From: a virus
Lineage: Duplodnaviria > Caudoviricetes
Strand: one strand, 5' to 3'
Length of the DNA: 26,224 bases
Virus record (IMG/VR): IMGVR_UViG_3300037046_000125
Coordinates: 1-26,224 of that record
The position numbers and the translations under genes were made by a program. This document shows positions 1 through 7,399 of this stretch, piece by piece. Every line of letters starts with the position of its first letter. Positions within the stretch are counted from its first letter, which is position 1. The notes under the pieces are model-generated. The model was not told the DNA's origin. It did not search any database and saw nothing but the letters and a program-made list of their open reading frames with translations.

Positions 1-45
1 GGGCTGGATTCGCACCGGGAGGGTGGCTCCAAAACGACGTTTCAT
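1..45 (-). CDS. 5' fragment of a leftward RHH DNA-binding protein (runs off the window)
   Basis: Manual translation from ATG at 45: MKRRFGATLPVRIQP, matching the N-terminus GGTLPIRLP of the divergent RHH gene at 124; alternative in-frame ATG at 54. Confidence 0.65.
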   Translation of the reverse strand, partial: MKRRFGATLPVRIQP

Positions 46-65
46 GCTCCACATGATGTGGTGCG

Positions 66-116
66 TTGCTATACAATCAAGCAAAATCTTGCACCAGGGC
101 AAAAATTGTGTAGCAA
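66..116. promoter_or_regulatory. Inverted operator-like repeat in divergent promoter region
   Basis: TTGCTATACAAT (66-77) and ATTGTGTAGCAA (105-116) are reverse complements at 11/12 positions, in an AT-rich gap between two RHH genes. Confidence 0.7.
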
Positions 117-123
117 TCGAATT

Positions 124-426
124 ATGGCACTAGGCGGCACCCTACCAATCCGACTACCTCAAGATATTGAGGAGAGGCTGCAGCAGGTGGCAGACAAGAC
201 CGGGACGTCAAAATCAGCTTTAGTGCGACTCTTGGTTAAAACGTTTTTGGATGACGTAGAAGGTGGCAGAATTATTTTTCCCCCAGACTGGAAAGAAATA
301 CTTCGCGAGGCAGATGGCCGCACACATCGTTATCCACGCATGAGCGATGAGGAATTTGAGCGCCAGCTCGCAGCCGCTCTCCAGCGCCCGGAAGACAAGG
401 TTAAAACACGCAAGAAAGCCGGCTAG
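124..426 (+). CDS. RHH (CopG/Arc-like) transcriptional regulator, candidate repressor
   Basis: TLPIRLPQDIEERLQQVADKTGTSKSALVRLLVKTFL is a typical beta-helix-helix pattern; ATG 124 preferred over the track start at 58, which runs through the operator region. Confidence 0.85.
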   Translation: MALGGTLPIRLPQDIEERLQQVADKTGTSKSALVRLLVKTFLDDVEGGRIIFPPDWKEILREADGRTHRYPRMSDEEFERQLAAALQRPEDKVKTRKKAG

Positions 427-608
427 CGGCGGGTCATGGGCATGCGGCACCCATGGCATCGCCGGCCGCTGGCGGTCGCGTCGATCTGATCCAGGACGGC
501 CAGCAAGAGCCGTCGCATCTGATCGGGATCCCGGGTGCGGCCAACCAGGTCGCGGATTGGCTGGGTGGGCAGCGGAGCCCTGGGAAACCTAACGATCTGC
601 GCAGACAT
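423..608 (-). CDS. Small hypothetical protein with C-terminal CxxC
   Basis: MSAQIVRFPRAP...RLLLAVLDQID...CHGC; stop overlaps the RHH stop (CTAG 423-426); competing + strand ORF 453..668 looks less protein-like. Confidence 0.45.
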   Translation of the reverse strand: MSAQIVRFPRAPLPTQPIRDLVGRTRDPDQMRRLLLAVLDQIDATASGRRCHGCRMPMTRR

Positions 609-632
609 GCGCAACAGGCATGGCGCACCCAC

Positions 633-726
633 ACTTTATGCGAAAGACTTTATGCGTTTGTAAAATAAGCCGTTTTTGTGGCAAATACACCCTTTTCACC
701 GAAATGGACACGCTGTCCATCTCGGT
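633..726. promoter_or_regulatory. AT-rich control region with direct and inverted repeats
   Basis: ACTTTATGCG twice (633-642, 647-656); inverted repeat ACCGA-A-ATGGACA-cgc-TGTCCAT-C-TCGGT (698-726). Confidence 0.5.
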
Positions 727-802
727 TGTAATTTTAGTAAAAAACATTCGCCAGCGCTGGGAAAGCTAATCTTCGACGCTTGACAGGCGCGCATCCGCCT
801 GC

Positions 803-1018
803 GTGCAATGGCTCGTGATGCTTGCCCTGATCCGACGCGGCTACAGTGCTCTGCTAAGCTGGGATACCCTCAATTTTGCACCATACCTGGAGCCCGAGAT
901 GGAGGACTTTCTTCGCGATGCCCAAAGGCACATCACCCATGGCTTTGAAAGCGCAAAGGGGGCTCTGGAAATAGAAGAAGATGCAGCGATCGCGTCAATC
1001 CTCGAACGAGATCAGTGA
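803..1018 (+). CDS. Hypothetical protein (acidic, helical); start may be ATG 818
   Basis: 71-aa ORF downstream of TTGACA at 780-785; no recognisable motif. Confidence 0.4.
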   Translation: MQWLVMLALIRRGYSALLSWDTLNFAPYLEPEMEDFLRDAQRHITHGFESAKGALEIEEDAAIASILERDQ

Positions 1019-1112
1019 CCGTTTGCCCATTTCCGAGATGGCGGTTCGCACAATGCCCTCGAACTTCTCGGCGCTCATATTCAGCTCGGCCGCACCCAAT
1101 CAGTGAAATGAC

Positions 1113-1140
1113 TTGCATGGCGGCAGCCATGGCGTAGATT
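1113..1140 (+). promoter_or_regulatory. Putative sigma70 promoter for the protease cassette, with a palindrome over the spacer
   Basis: TTGCAT (1113-1118)-N16-TAGATT (1135-1140); inverted repeat CATGGC-ggca-GCCATG at 1116-1131. Confidence 0.45.
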
Positions 1141-1194
1141 AGGCTGGTATCTGTACTCGACTCAAGCGCCCCCTTATCCCGTCCCAATGCAACC

Positions 1195-1437
1195 ATGAAC
1201 CTGCGTCAGGAATTTGACTATTTTCTGGCAAACCAGGCCGAACTCGTCCGGAACTACCAAGGCAAATACCTGGTCATTCACGGGCAATCGGTCTGGAGAG
1301 CCTTCGATGATGAAATTGCCGCGCTGGCGGCAGGAAGAGCTGAATTTGGCCTGGGTAATTTTTTGGTCCAAAAAGCCGATCCTGGTGAAGACGCCTACAC
1401 GGAGACATTCTATTCTCGCGTAGCTTTTGGCAGTTAG
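1195..1437 (+). CDS. DUF5678-like small protein
   Basis: EFDYFLANQAELVRNYQGKYLVIHGQSV pattern (F..n..eL...Y.GkyvvI) typical of this family, which often sits next to clan AA proteases. Confidence 0.75.
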   Translation: MNLRQEFDYFLANQAELVRNYQGKYLVIHGQSVWRAFDDEIAALAAGRAEFGLGNFLVQKADPGEDAYTETFYSRVAFGS

Positions 1438-1443
1438 CAACAC

Positions 1444-2007
1444 ATGGCTGGCCATTGCTTTACGGCGAAGTCGAACAAAATTGAGCGTACTTTATGTACG
1501 CACGTCGTGGTCTCGGCGGGAGATCCATCAGCGGATCTTGGAACCATTCATGCACTTCCGTCGATCAAGTTGCCTGGCATTTGGGATACCGGCGCGACGG
1601 GTTGTGTAATCTCGAAAGAGGCGGCGCAACAGCTCAATCTCCAGCCGATTGGGATGACGAAGGTCAACCATGCCGATGGAGAGTCCGTTGTTAATAAGTA
1701 CTTGGTCAATATCGGCCTTCCCAATGGGGTGATCTTCCCGCGGGTCGTGGTCACAGAGGGAAGGCTGTTTACCAACGCGATGCTCATCGGGATGAATATC
1801 ATCTCCCAGGGCGACTTCGCGGTCACCAATCACAACGGCTGCTCGATGTTCTCATTTCGCCTACCATCAATGGAGGCCATCGACTTCATCGTGCAACAGC
1901 CACGCATTGAAAAACCAAAGCCCACACACACCCCTGCTCGAAACAAACCCTGCCCTTGTGGCAGCAAGAGGAAGTACAAGTATTGTTGCGGCAAAGACAG
2001 GGGTTGA
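1444..2007 (+). CDS. Retropepsin-like (clan AA) aspartic protease with C-terminal SEC-C zinc motif
   Basis: Catalytic IWDTGATGCVIS, downstream LIGMNII, C-terminal RNKPCPCGSKRKYKYCCG. Confidence 0.92.
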   Translation: MAGHCFTAKSNKIERTLCTHVVVSAGDPSADLGTIHALPSIKLPGIWDTGATGCVISKEAAQQLNLQPIGMTKVNHADGESVVNKYLVNIGLPNGVIFPRVVVTEGRLFTNAMLIGMNIISQGDFAVTNHNGCSMFSFRLPSMEAIDFIVQQPRIEKPKPTHTPARNKPCPCGSKRKYKYCCGKDRG

Positions 2008-2034
2008 CAGGCTTTGTTTGGCAGCTGTTAGGCC

Positions 2035-2340
2035 ATGGCCGATCGGTCTCACATCACGGTACTCGTCACAAGGTGGCTAGACGACTACCATATGCTGATG
2101 GAGCGCGCGCATTTCCTGCTCACTGATCCGGATGCAACGGCCCATGCGGTAATTGACTTTCATGCCGCTGTGAGTGTGCACAGGGGGCTTGGTGAACTGC
2201 TGCTGCTTCGGTTGCGCGCCGCCGGCGGCGGCCATGACGACATTGCAGCCTGCGTTGAGGAACTTGCGCAGATTGACCGGGCAAACCGTGTGGACATCGC
2301 CCCCGGACGGCTGGCCGATCTGGCGGCTCTTTTTCCCTGA
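2035..2340 (+). CDS. Hypothetical helical protein
   Basis: 101-aa ORF co-oriented 27 nt after the protease gene; amphipathic helical pattern. Confidence 0.6.
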   Translation: MADRSHITVLVTRWLDDYHMLMERAHFLLTDPDATAHAVIDFHAAVSVHRGLGELLLLRLRAAGGGHDDIAACVEELAQIDRANRVDIAPGRLADLAALFP

Positions 2341-2409
2341 CAATGCCTTGCCATCCGTGATCCGGTGCGCTAGCGCTGGCCAGGTGGCTGGTCGGACCCT
2401 GATATATCG

Positions 2410-2466
2410 GCATTACCGCCAATAGCGGCCGCAGTGCGGCCAGGCGTCTAAAGGATCGGGCAATGT
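2410..2466 (+). promoter_or_regulatory. Putative late promoter 1 (activator site plus -10)
   Basis: GCATTACCGCCAATAGCGGCCGCAGTGC (2410-2437), 25/28 identical to 7325-7352; -10-like CAATGT at 2461-2466; ATG at 2473. Confidence 0.7.
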
Positions 2467-2472
2467 CCGGGT

Positions 2473-2757
2473 ATGGCATTCAGGCTATACCCGATAAATG
2501 CTTCAGCCTTTACCCAGGTAATTTCACCTTTGCGGCCGTGGGAAGCTGCCTGGGATCGGTTGCCTCTGGCGGCCATGGTGTGGTCGCGAATCTGGCGCGC
2601 CAATCGCTATCGCCGTCCGCTTGTGCACCTGCGCATATACGCGAAGGACAAGCCGCGCCGGCTGGCCAAATACCGGCGCGACCGCGCGGCCGCCATGGCC
2701 AATCCGGCATGGCGCGGGCAGGCGTGGGTCACGCAGCGTTACGGCGCCGAGCTATGA
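2473..2757 (+). CDS. Basic Arg/Trp-rich hypothetical protein, first late gene
   Basis: 94-aa ORF starting at the predicted transcription start; ATGA coupling with the next ORF at 2754-2757. Confidence 0.55.
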   Translation: MAFRLYPINASAFTQVISPLRPWEAAWDRLPLAAMVWSRIWRANRYRRPLVHLRIYAKDKPRRLAKYRRDRAAAMANPAWRGQAWVTQRYGAEL

Positions 2758-3023
2758 GACCGCCCGGGGCAGTCATGTCGTCCCTATCGCGGCGCGAGCC
2801 GGCGGTCCCGCCACTATTGGAGGAGCGCATGGACGCGGCCGGCCCGCCGGCGGTGGTACGCTGGCGGGTGCTCGGCACTGGGGTGGCGGTGCGCGAGGGC
2901 GACACGGTGGTTCTGCGCGCGATCAATGACCGCGGCCACCTGATCGAACTGGTGTTCAGCACAGCCGACTGGGCACACGCGACGGCCTGCGCGCGCGGCC
3001 GCCCGAAAAAGACACACGACTGA
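2754..3023 (+). CDS. Hypothetical protein
   Basis: 3' part of track ORF 2463..3023; ATGA overlap at 2754; beta-rich VVRWRVLG...VVLRAIND...LIELVFSTADW. Confidence 0.6.
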   Translation: MRPPGAVMSSLSRREPAVPPLLEERMDAAGPPAVVRWRVLGTGVAVREGDTVVLRAINDRGHLIELVFSTADWAHATACARGRPKKTHD

Positions 3024-3027
3024 ATTT

Positions 3028-3423
3028 ATGGAACCGATAGCACACTCGATATTGGGCAGTTGGATTGGCTCCCTGTTGGTGGTCATGATCCTCGGTGACC
3101 TGGTCTGGCGCTTCGTGGACCGGTTGCGTGGCCGCTGGGAGCCGAAGAGCCTGCCGCCGCTGCACAAGCTCTACACGCCGCGCGAGGAGCACGAGAAGCT
3201 GGAGCGCCGGGTGGAGAATATCACCGACGAAATGCGCAGCGGATTTGAGAAGGCGGCCGAAGCGGCGAGCGGTTCGCGCAAGGAGATCTACCTGAGCATC
3301 CGCAAGCTGGAGCAATCGACGGCGACTCTGGCCGAGGGGCAGCGCACGCAAGGCATGCAGCTCGCGCGCCTGGACACCAAGATGGATACACTGCTGACCA
3401 GGTTGACCAAACCACATGAATGA
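3028..3423 (+). CDS. Membrane-anchored coiled-coil protein (Mu gp25/DUF2730-like or holin-like)
   Basis: N-terminal TM ILGSWIGSLLVVMILGDLVW followed by a heptad coiled coil; positioned before the gp26-like gene. Confidence 0.7.
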   Translation: MEPIAHSILGSWIGSLLVVMILGDLVWRFVDRLRGRWEPKSLPPLHKLYTPREEHEKLERRVENITDEMRSGFEKAAEAASGSRKEIYLSIRKLEQSTATLAEGQRTQGMQLARLDTKMDTLLTRLTKPHE

Positions 3424-3709
3424 ACAGGAACAAAGGGCGCTGGACCGGGAACTGATCCGGGATCACCTGGTGACCGTGCTGGCGCGGGTGGCGCCGATGG
3501 GGCTACCGGCAGCGACGCTGGCGGCCGGGTTACGCCAGGCCGGCTGGCCCCTGGATAACCAAACCATTGCTGCCGAGCTGGACTATCTGGCTGGCAAGGG
3601 GTTGATCCTGCCGCACGTGAGTGCAGTGTCGGCCGCGCTGCAACGCTGGCATATTACAGCGGCCGGCAGGGAATACGTCGAGGCGGCCGGCCTGGAGGGT
3701 CTGCGGTGA
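3416..3709 (+). CDS. Mu gp26-like winged-helix protein
   Basis: AELDYLAGKGLI...WHITAAGREYVE winged-helix signature; position before the small terminase. Confidence 0.75.
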   Translation: MNEQEQRALDRELIRDHLVTVLARVAPMGLPAATLAAGLRQAGWPLDNQTIAAELDYLAGKGLILPHVSAVSAALQRWHITAAGREYVEAAGLEGLR

Positions 3710-4248
3710 GGAAGCGCCGCGCAGATTCGCGGCTCTGGTCGCTGCCGGAAGCTACCCAGCGGGCGGTGTATGCGCTGGAGGCAAACGAGGGCCTGCGTCT
3801 GGCGGACATCGCCGCGCGCTGCGCGATGCCGGAGGCCGAAGGTGGTCTCGGCATCGGTCCGGTGAGCCACACGGCCCTGAGCGACTTTCTCCGGGAATGG
3901 CGCACTTGCGCCTGGCGCGAACGTCTGCAGGCCGCGGCCGAGACCGCGCGCGAGGCCGTCGACCAGGAGATCATCGCCGGCGGCGCGCACATGGACGACG
4001 CGATTCTCGCGGGGATCCGCGAGTGGATCCTCGACACGCTGGCCCGCGGGCAGATGGATCCGCGCGATGCCAAGGGGTTAGTCGGCCTCATTCTCAAGGA
4101 CCGCCAACAGGGGCTCGATTCGCGCAAGGTGGCGCTCCTGGAACAAAAGGCCGCGCTGGTCGATGAGCTGAAGAAGAAGAGCCAGGAGCGCGGCGGTCTC
4201 ACCACCGATGACATCACCGAGATCGAGAGGAGGCTCAAACTCCTGTGA
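3706..4248 (+). CDS. Probable small terminase subunit (Mu gp27/DUF3486-like)
   Basis: SRLWSLPEA...VSHTALSDF HTH-like N-terminus, C-terminal GGLTTDDITEIERRLKLL, GTGA coupling to the large terminase. Confidence 0.8.
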   Translation: MRKRRADSRLWSLPEATQRAVYALEANEGLRLADIAARCAMPEAEGGLGIGPVSHTALSDFLREWRTCAWRERLQAAAETAREAVDQEIIAGGAHMDDAILAGIREWILDTLARGQMDPRDAKGLVGLILKDRQQGLDSRKVALLEQKAALVDELKKKSQERGGLTTDDITEIERRLKLL

Positions 4249-5783
4249 GGATCCTCCCGGCACATGCCCGCGACTTCAAGGGCCGCGCAAGGAACATACC
4301 GGAGCGCGACAGCTTTTTGCTCCCCTACCAGGTGCGCTGGGTGCAGGACCAGGCGCTGTTGCGCGTCATGGAAAAATCACGCCGCATTGGCATCAGCTAT
4401 GCCACCGCCTACGACGAAGTGCGCCAGCACGCGCAGAAAGACTGCCTCGTCGACACCTGGTTTTCCAGCCGCGACGACCTGACCGCCAAGGAGTGGATCA
4501 TTTACTGCCAGAAATTCGCGGGGGTTCTGAACGTGGCGGCCGAGGCGCTCGGCACCCAGATCGTCGATGAGAAGGGCAACACCGCGAGCGTGCAGCGATT
4601 CCTCAATGGCACCCGGATCAATTCGGTGGCGAGCAACCCGGACGTGTTCGCCGGCAAGGGCGGCAACGTGGGTCTCGATGAGTTCGCTCTGCGGCTCAAT
4701 CCGCGGGCGGTGTGGGACATCGCCAACCCGACGATTGACTGGGGTGGGCGGCTATCTGTCATTTCCACGCACCGCGGGTCCGCCAACTATTTCAATACGC
4801 TGGTACGCGAGTACCATGAGAAGGGCAACCCCAAGGGTATCAGCCTGCACCGGGTGACATTACAGGATGCGCTCGACCAACACTTCTTGTGGAAGCTGCA
4901 GACGAAGCTGCCGGAGGCCGACCCGCGCATGCAGATGGATGAGGCCGACTACTGGAATTACCAGCGCGCCCGGGCGTCGAGCTCTGAGGCGTTCGACCAG
5001 GAGTATGGCTGCATCCCCGCGGATGATGCCTCGGCGTTCCTGCCATTCGACCTGATAGACGCCTGTGCATACGCTCCGGCCGACAACCTGGTGGAGCATA
5101 AAGCGCAGGATGGCAAAGGGTCTATTCGCTGGCTGTTACCGCCCGGAGTAACACCTGGGTCGATCATTACAGGGCTACAGTCGGGAGAGCTTTATGCCGG
5201 TTTTGATGTCGCGCGCAAAAAGCACCTATCCATCCTATGGGTGTTTGCCCGCGTGCCCGGCATGCTGCTTACCCGGGCAGTCATCGAATTTGACCGCATC
5301 ACATTTTCGCGCCAGAAGGAAATCATCTGGCCGGTGCTGGCGATATGCCGGCGTAGCTGTATTGACGCGACCGGGCTTGGCATGCAGATCGCGGAGGAAG
5401 CACAGCAGGCGTTTGGCACATACCGAGTCGAGGACATCACCTTCACCGGCCCCGTCAAAGAAGAACTCGCCTATCCCGTGCGGGCGGCATTCGAGGACCG
5501 GTCTCTCAGAATCCCGTTCGACGATGCGGTCACCGCCGACTTGCGCATGATTCGCAAGGAGACTACGGCCGCCGGCAAAATCCGTTTTTCCGCCGACGGT
5601 GGCGACAGCGAAGCCGATAGCCATGCCGACCGCTTCTGGGCCCTTGGCCTGGCGCGGCATGCCGCTGCGAATCCGCAATCGGGCTTTTTCATCCCCCAAT
5701 CCTACGACCGGCGCAACAATACCAGCACCTGGGCGCCGCGCCGCCGCGCCCTGCGGCTCACTCCGATCGGGGGCACGCTGTGA
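4245..5783 (+). CDS. terL: Terminase large subunit (Mu gp28-like)
   Basis: LLPYQ, Walker A EKSRRIGIS, Walker B VGLDEFA, ISTH, nuclease motifs GFDVAR, IDATGLG, HADRFWA. Confidence 0.96.
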   Translation: MRILPAHARDFKGRARNIPERDSFLLPYQVRWVQDQALLRVMEKSRRIGISYATAYDEVRQHAQKDCLVDTWFSSRDDLTAKEWIIYCQKFAGVLNVAAEALGTQIVDEKGNTASVQRFLNGTRINSVASNPDVFAGKGGNVGLDEFALRLNPRAVWDIANPTIDWGGRLSVISTHRGSANYFNTLVREYHEKGNPKGISLHRVTLQDALDQHFLWKLQTKLPEADPRMQMDEADYWNYQRARASSSEAFDQEYGCIPADDASAFLPFDLIDACAYAPADNLVEHKAQDGKGSIRWLLPPGVTPGSIITGLQSGELYAGFDVARKKHLSILWVFARVPGMLLTRAVIEFDRITFSRQKEIIWPVLAICRRSCIDATGLGMQIAEEAQQAFGTYRVEDITFTGPVKEELAYPVRAAFEDRSLRIPFDDAVTADLRMIRKETTAAGKIRFSADGGDSEADSHADRFWALGLARHAAANPQSGFFIPQSYDRRNNTSTWAPRRRALRLTPIGGTL

Positions 5784-7309
5784 TGGCCAGTCCCAAGGCA
5801 CAACCATTGTCAGTCGCGAAAGCGGTTAGCCGGGCGAACCGCTGGCGCGAACGCTATAACCCGTTGCGTGGTCTGACCGCGGAGCGTTGCCGAGCCCTGG
5901 CCGAGTCCTATCTGACCGGCCAGTTCCAAGAGTTGATGTGGGCATTCGGCGCGCCGTTTGTGGGTATCGAGACCGCGGACCCCGACATGCTGGCGCTCAT
6001 TGAGCGCCGCAGCGCGCGGCTGCTGGAGATGGACTGGGACATCCGCACCGCGGAAGACAAGGCAGAAGATCCACGCGCGCTCCGCCAAGCGGCCGCGCTG
6101 CGCGATGCCTATGAGCGCTTCGATGAGCTCTACGCGGCCATCGAACACCTGGCACTCGGCGCATTCCGCGGCATCGCCCACGTCGAGATCGACTGGCATG
6201 CCGGCGCCATGCACCGCATTCATGGCTGGAACGTCGCGCGCGATGGCATTGACGGTGACTGGAAATACAATCCCACCGGCCAGGCGGCGTATTTTGACGC
6301 CCTGCCAGACGACCTGCGCATTGATCCGAAGAAGCATTGGTGGCTGATTCGCACGCACCCGCGCCCGATCGGCGCCTGGGCGTTGCTCAAGTATTTCTAT
6401 AGCGCGCTCTCGGCGCGCGACTGGGCCTCGTTCTGCACCATCTATGGAATACCTGGTGGTGTTGTCATTGGGCCGCCGAATGTGCCCCCGGATAAAGAAG
6501 ACGAATACGCGACCGCCGCCGGCGGGATCGCCCAGGGCGGCACCGGCTATATCCCCCATGGTTCAGAATGGAAGCCCAACACCGACGCGCGCGGCACCCA
6601 GCCGTTCAAGGACTGGCTCGACTGGCTCTCCTCGAAGCTGATCCTCGCCGGCACCGGTGGCATGCTCACCATGCTCAACGACGCCACCGGCCTGGGCTCC
6701 GGTCAGAGCGAGAGCCATGAGGACACCTTCATGCAGATCGCCCGCGGTGAGGCGCGCAAGATCGGCGAAATCTTCAATCGTCAGTTTGACCGCAGGGTCC
6801 TGGATGCGGCCGGCCTGCTCGCGCCTGGCGAACGGCCACTGGCCTGGTGGGCGCTCGCGGCCCAGGAGGAAACCGAAACCGGCGAAATCGTCACCCACGC
6901 CTCCACATTGGCGGCCAGCGGCTACCGCATGGATCCCGACCAGTTGAGCGAGAAGACAGGGTACCAAATCACGGTGATTGAAAATCCGCCGGCCGATCCG
7001 GCACAACCCATCACCCCCACCGGTCTGCAAAACCGTTGCAATACCCTGCAAAACCGAGATCACCCACGGACTGGCATCAAGCCCCCGGATATTGCAGTGC
7101 GCCCTTCCTCGGGCAAAATTTCCGAGATCCTTGACCGACTGGAGAAAGCCGACAGCGAGCATGTCGCCGCGGTCATCCAGGAGGGCCTCGCCTTGCTCGA
7201 CCAATTGACCCCGGAAGATCTGGCCGCCGATGCGCGTGCGGCCGAGCTCGAAGAGGTACTCATGCGGGCCGTCATCGAGGGCGCCGCGACCAAGGAGGCA
7301 ACCGCATGA
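5780..7309 (+). CDS. Portal protein (Mu gp29/DUF935)
   Basis: DWASFCTIYGIP, SKLILAGTGG, SESHEDT motifs; directly follows terL; low-complexity C-terminal extension. Confidence 0.93.
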   Translation: MMASPKAQPLSVAKAVSRANRWRERYNPLRGLTAERCRALAESYLTGQFQELMWAFGAPFVGIETADPDMLALIERRSARLLEMDWDIRTAEDKAEDPRALRQAAALRDAYERFDELYAAIEHLALGAFRGIAHVEIDWHAGAMHRIHGWNVARDGIDGDWKYNPTGQAAYFDALPDDLRIDPKKHWWLIRTHPRPIGAWALLKYFYSALSARDWASFCTIYGIPGGVVIGPPNVPPDKEDEYATAAGGIAQGGTGYIPHGSEWKPNTDARGTQPFKDWLDWLSSKLILAGTGGMLTMLNDATGLGSGQSESHEDTFMQIARGEARKIGEIFNRQFDRRVLDAAGLLAPGERPLAWWALAAQEETETGEIVTHASTLAASGYRMDPDQLSEKTGYQITVIENPPADPAQPITPTGLQNRCNTLQNRDHPRTGIKPPDIAVRPSSGKISEILDRLEKADSEHVAAVIQEGLALLDQLTPEDLAADARAAELEEVLMRAVIEGAATKEATA

Positions 7310-7324
7310 CCCTTTCAAATACAC

Positions 7325-7381
7325 GCATTACCGCCAGTAGCGGCCACAGCGCATCACTTCTGCATGCCTGTACGGTAATCT
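7325..7381 (+). promoter_or_regulatory. Putative late promoter 2 (upstream of the protease gene, equivalent to Mu PI)
   Basis: GCATTACCGCCAGTAGCGGCCACAGCGC (7325-7352) plus TAATCT at 7376-7381, same spacing as the copy at 2410. Confidence 0.72.
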
Positions 7382-7399
7382 TCCGAATCGTTTAGCGCT

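Noticed and set aside
1-25. tRNA T-arm-like sequence (GGTGCGAATCC) on the minus strand
   Set aside because: No cloverleaf can be built, and the segment reads as the RHH-like coding start
933-1196. 87-aa minus-strand ORF
   Set aside because: Overlaps the 803-1018 ORF and the candidate promoter of the protease cassette; no motif support
2004-2034. TTGACA upstream of ORF 2035 as an independent promoter
   Set aside because: No convincing -10 hexamer at 16-18 bp spacing
2463-3023. Single 186-aa ORF from the track
   Set aside because: Its start overlaps the predicted -10; two ATGA-coupled ORFs (2473-2757, 2754-3023) fit better
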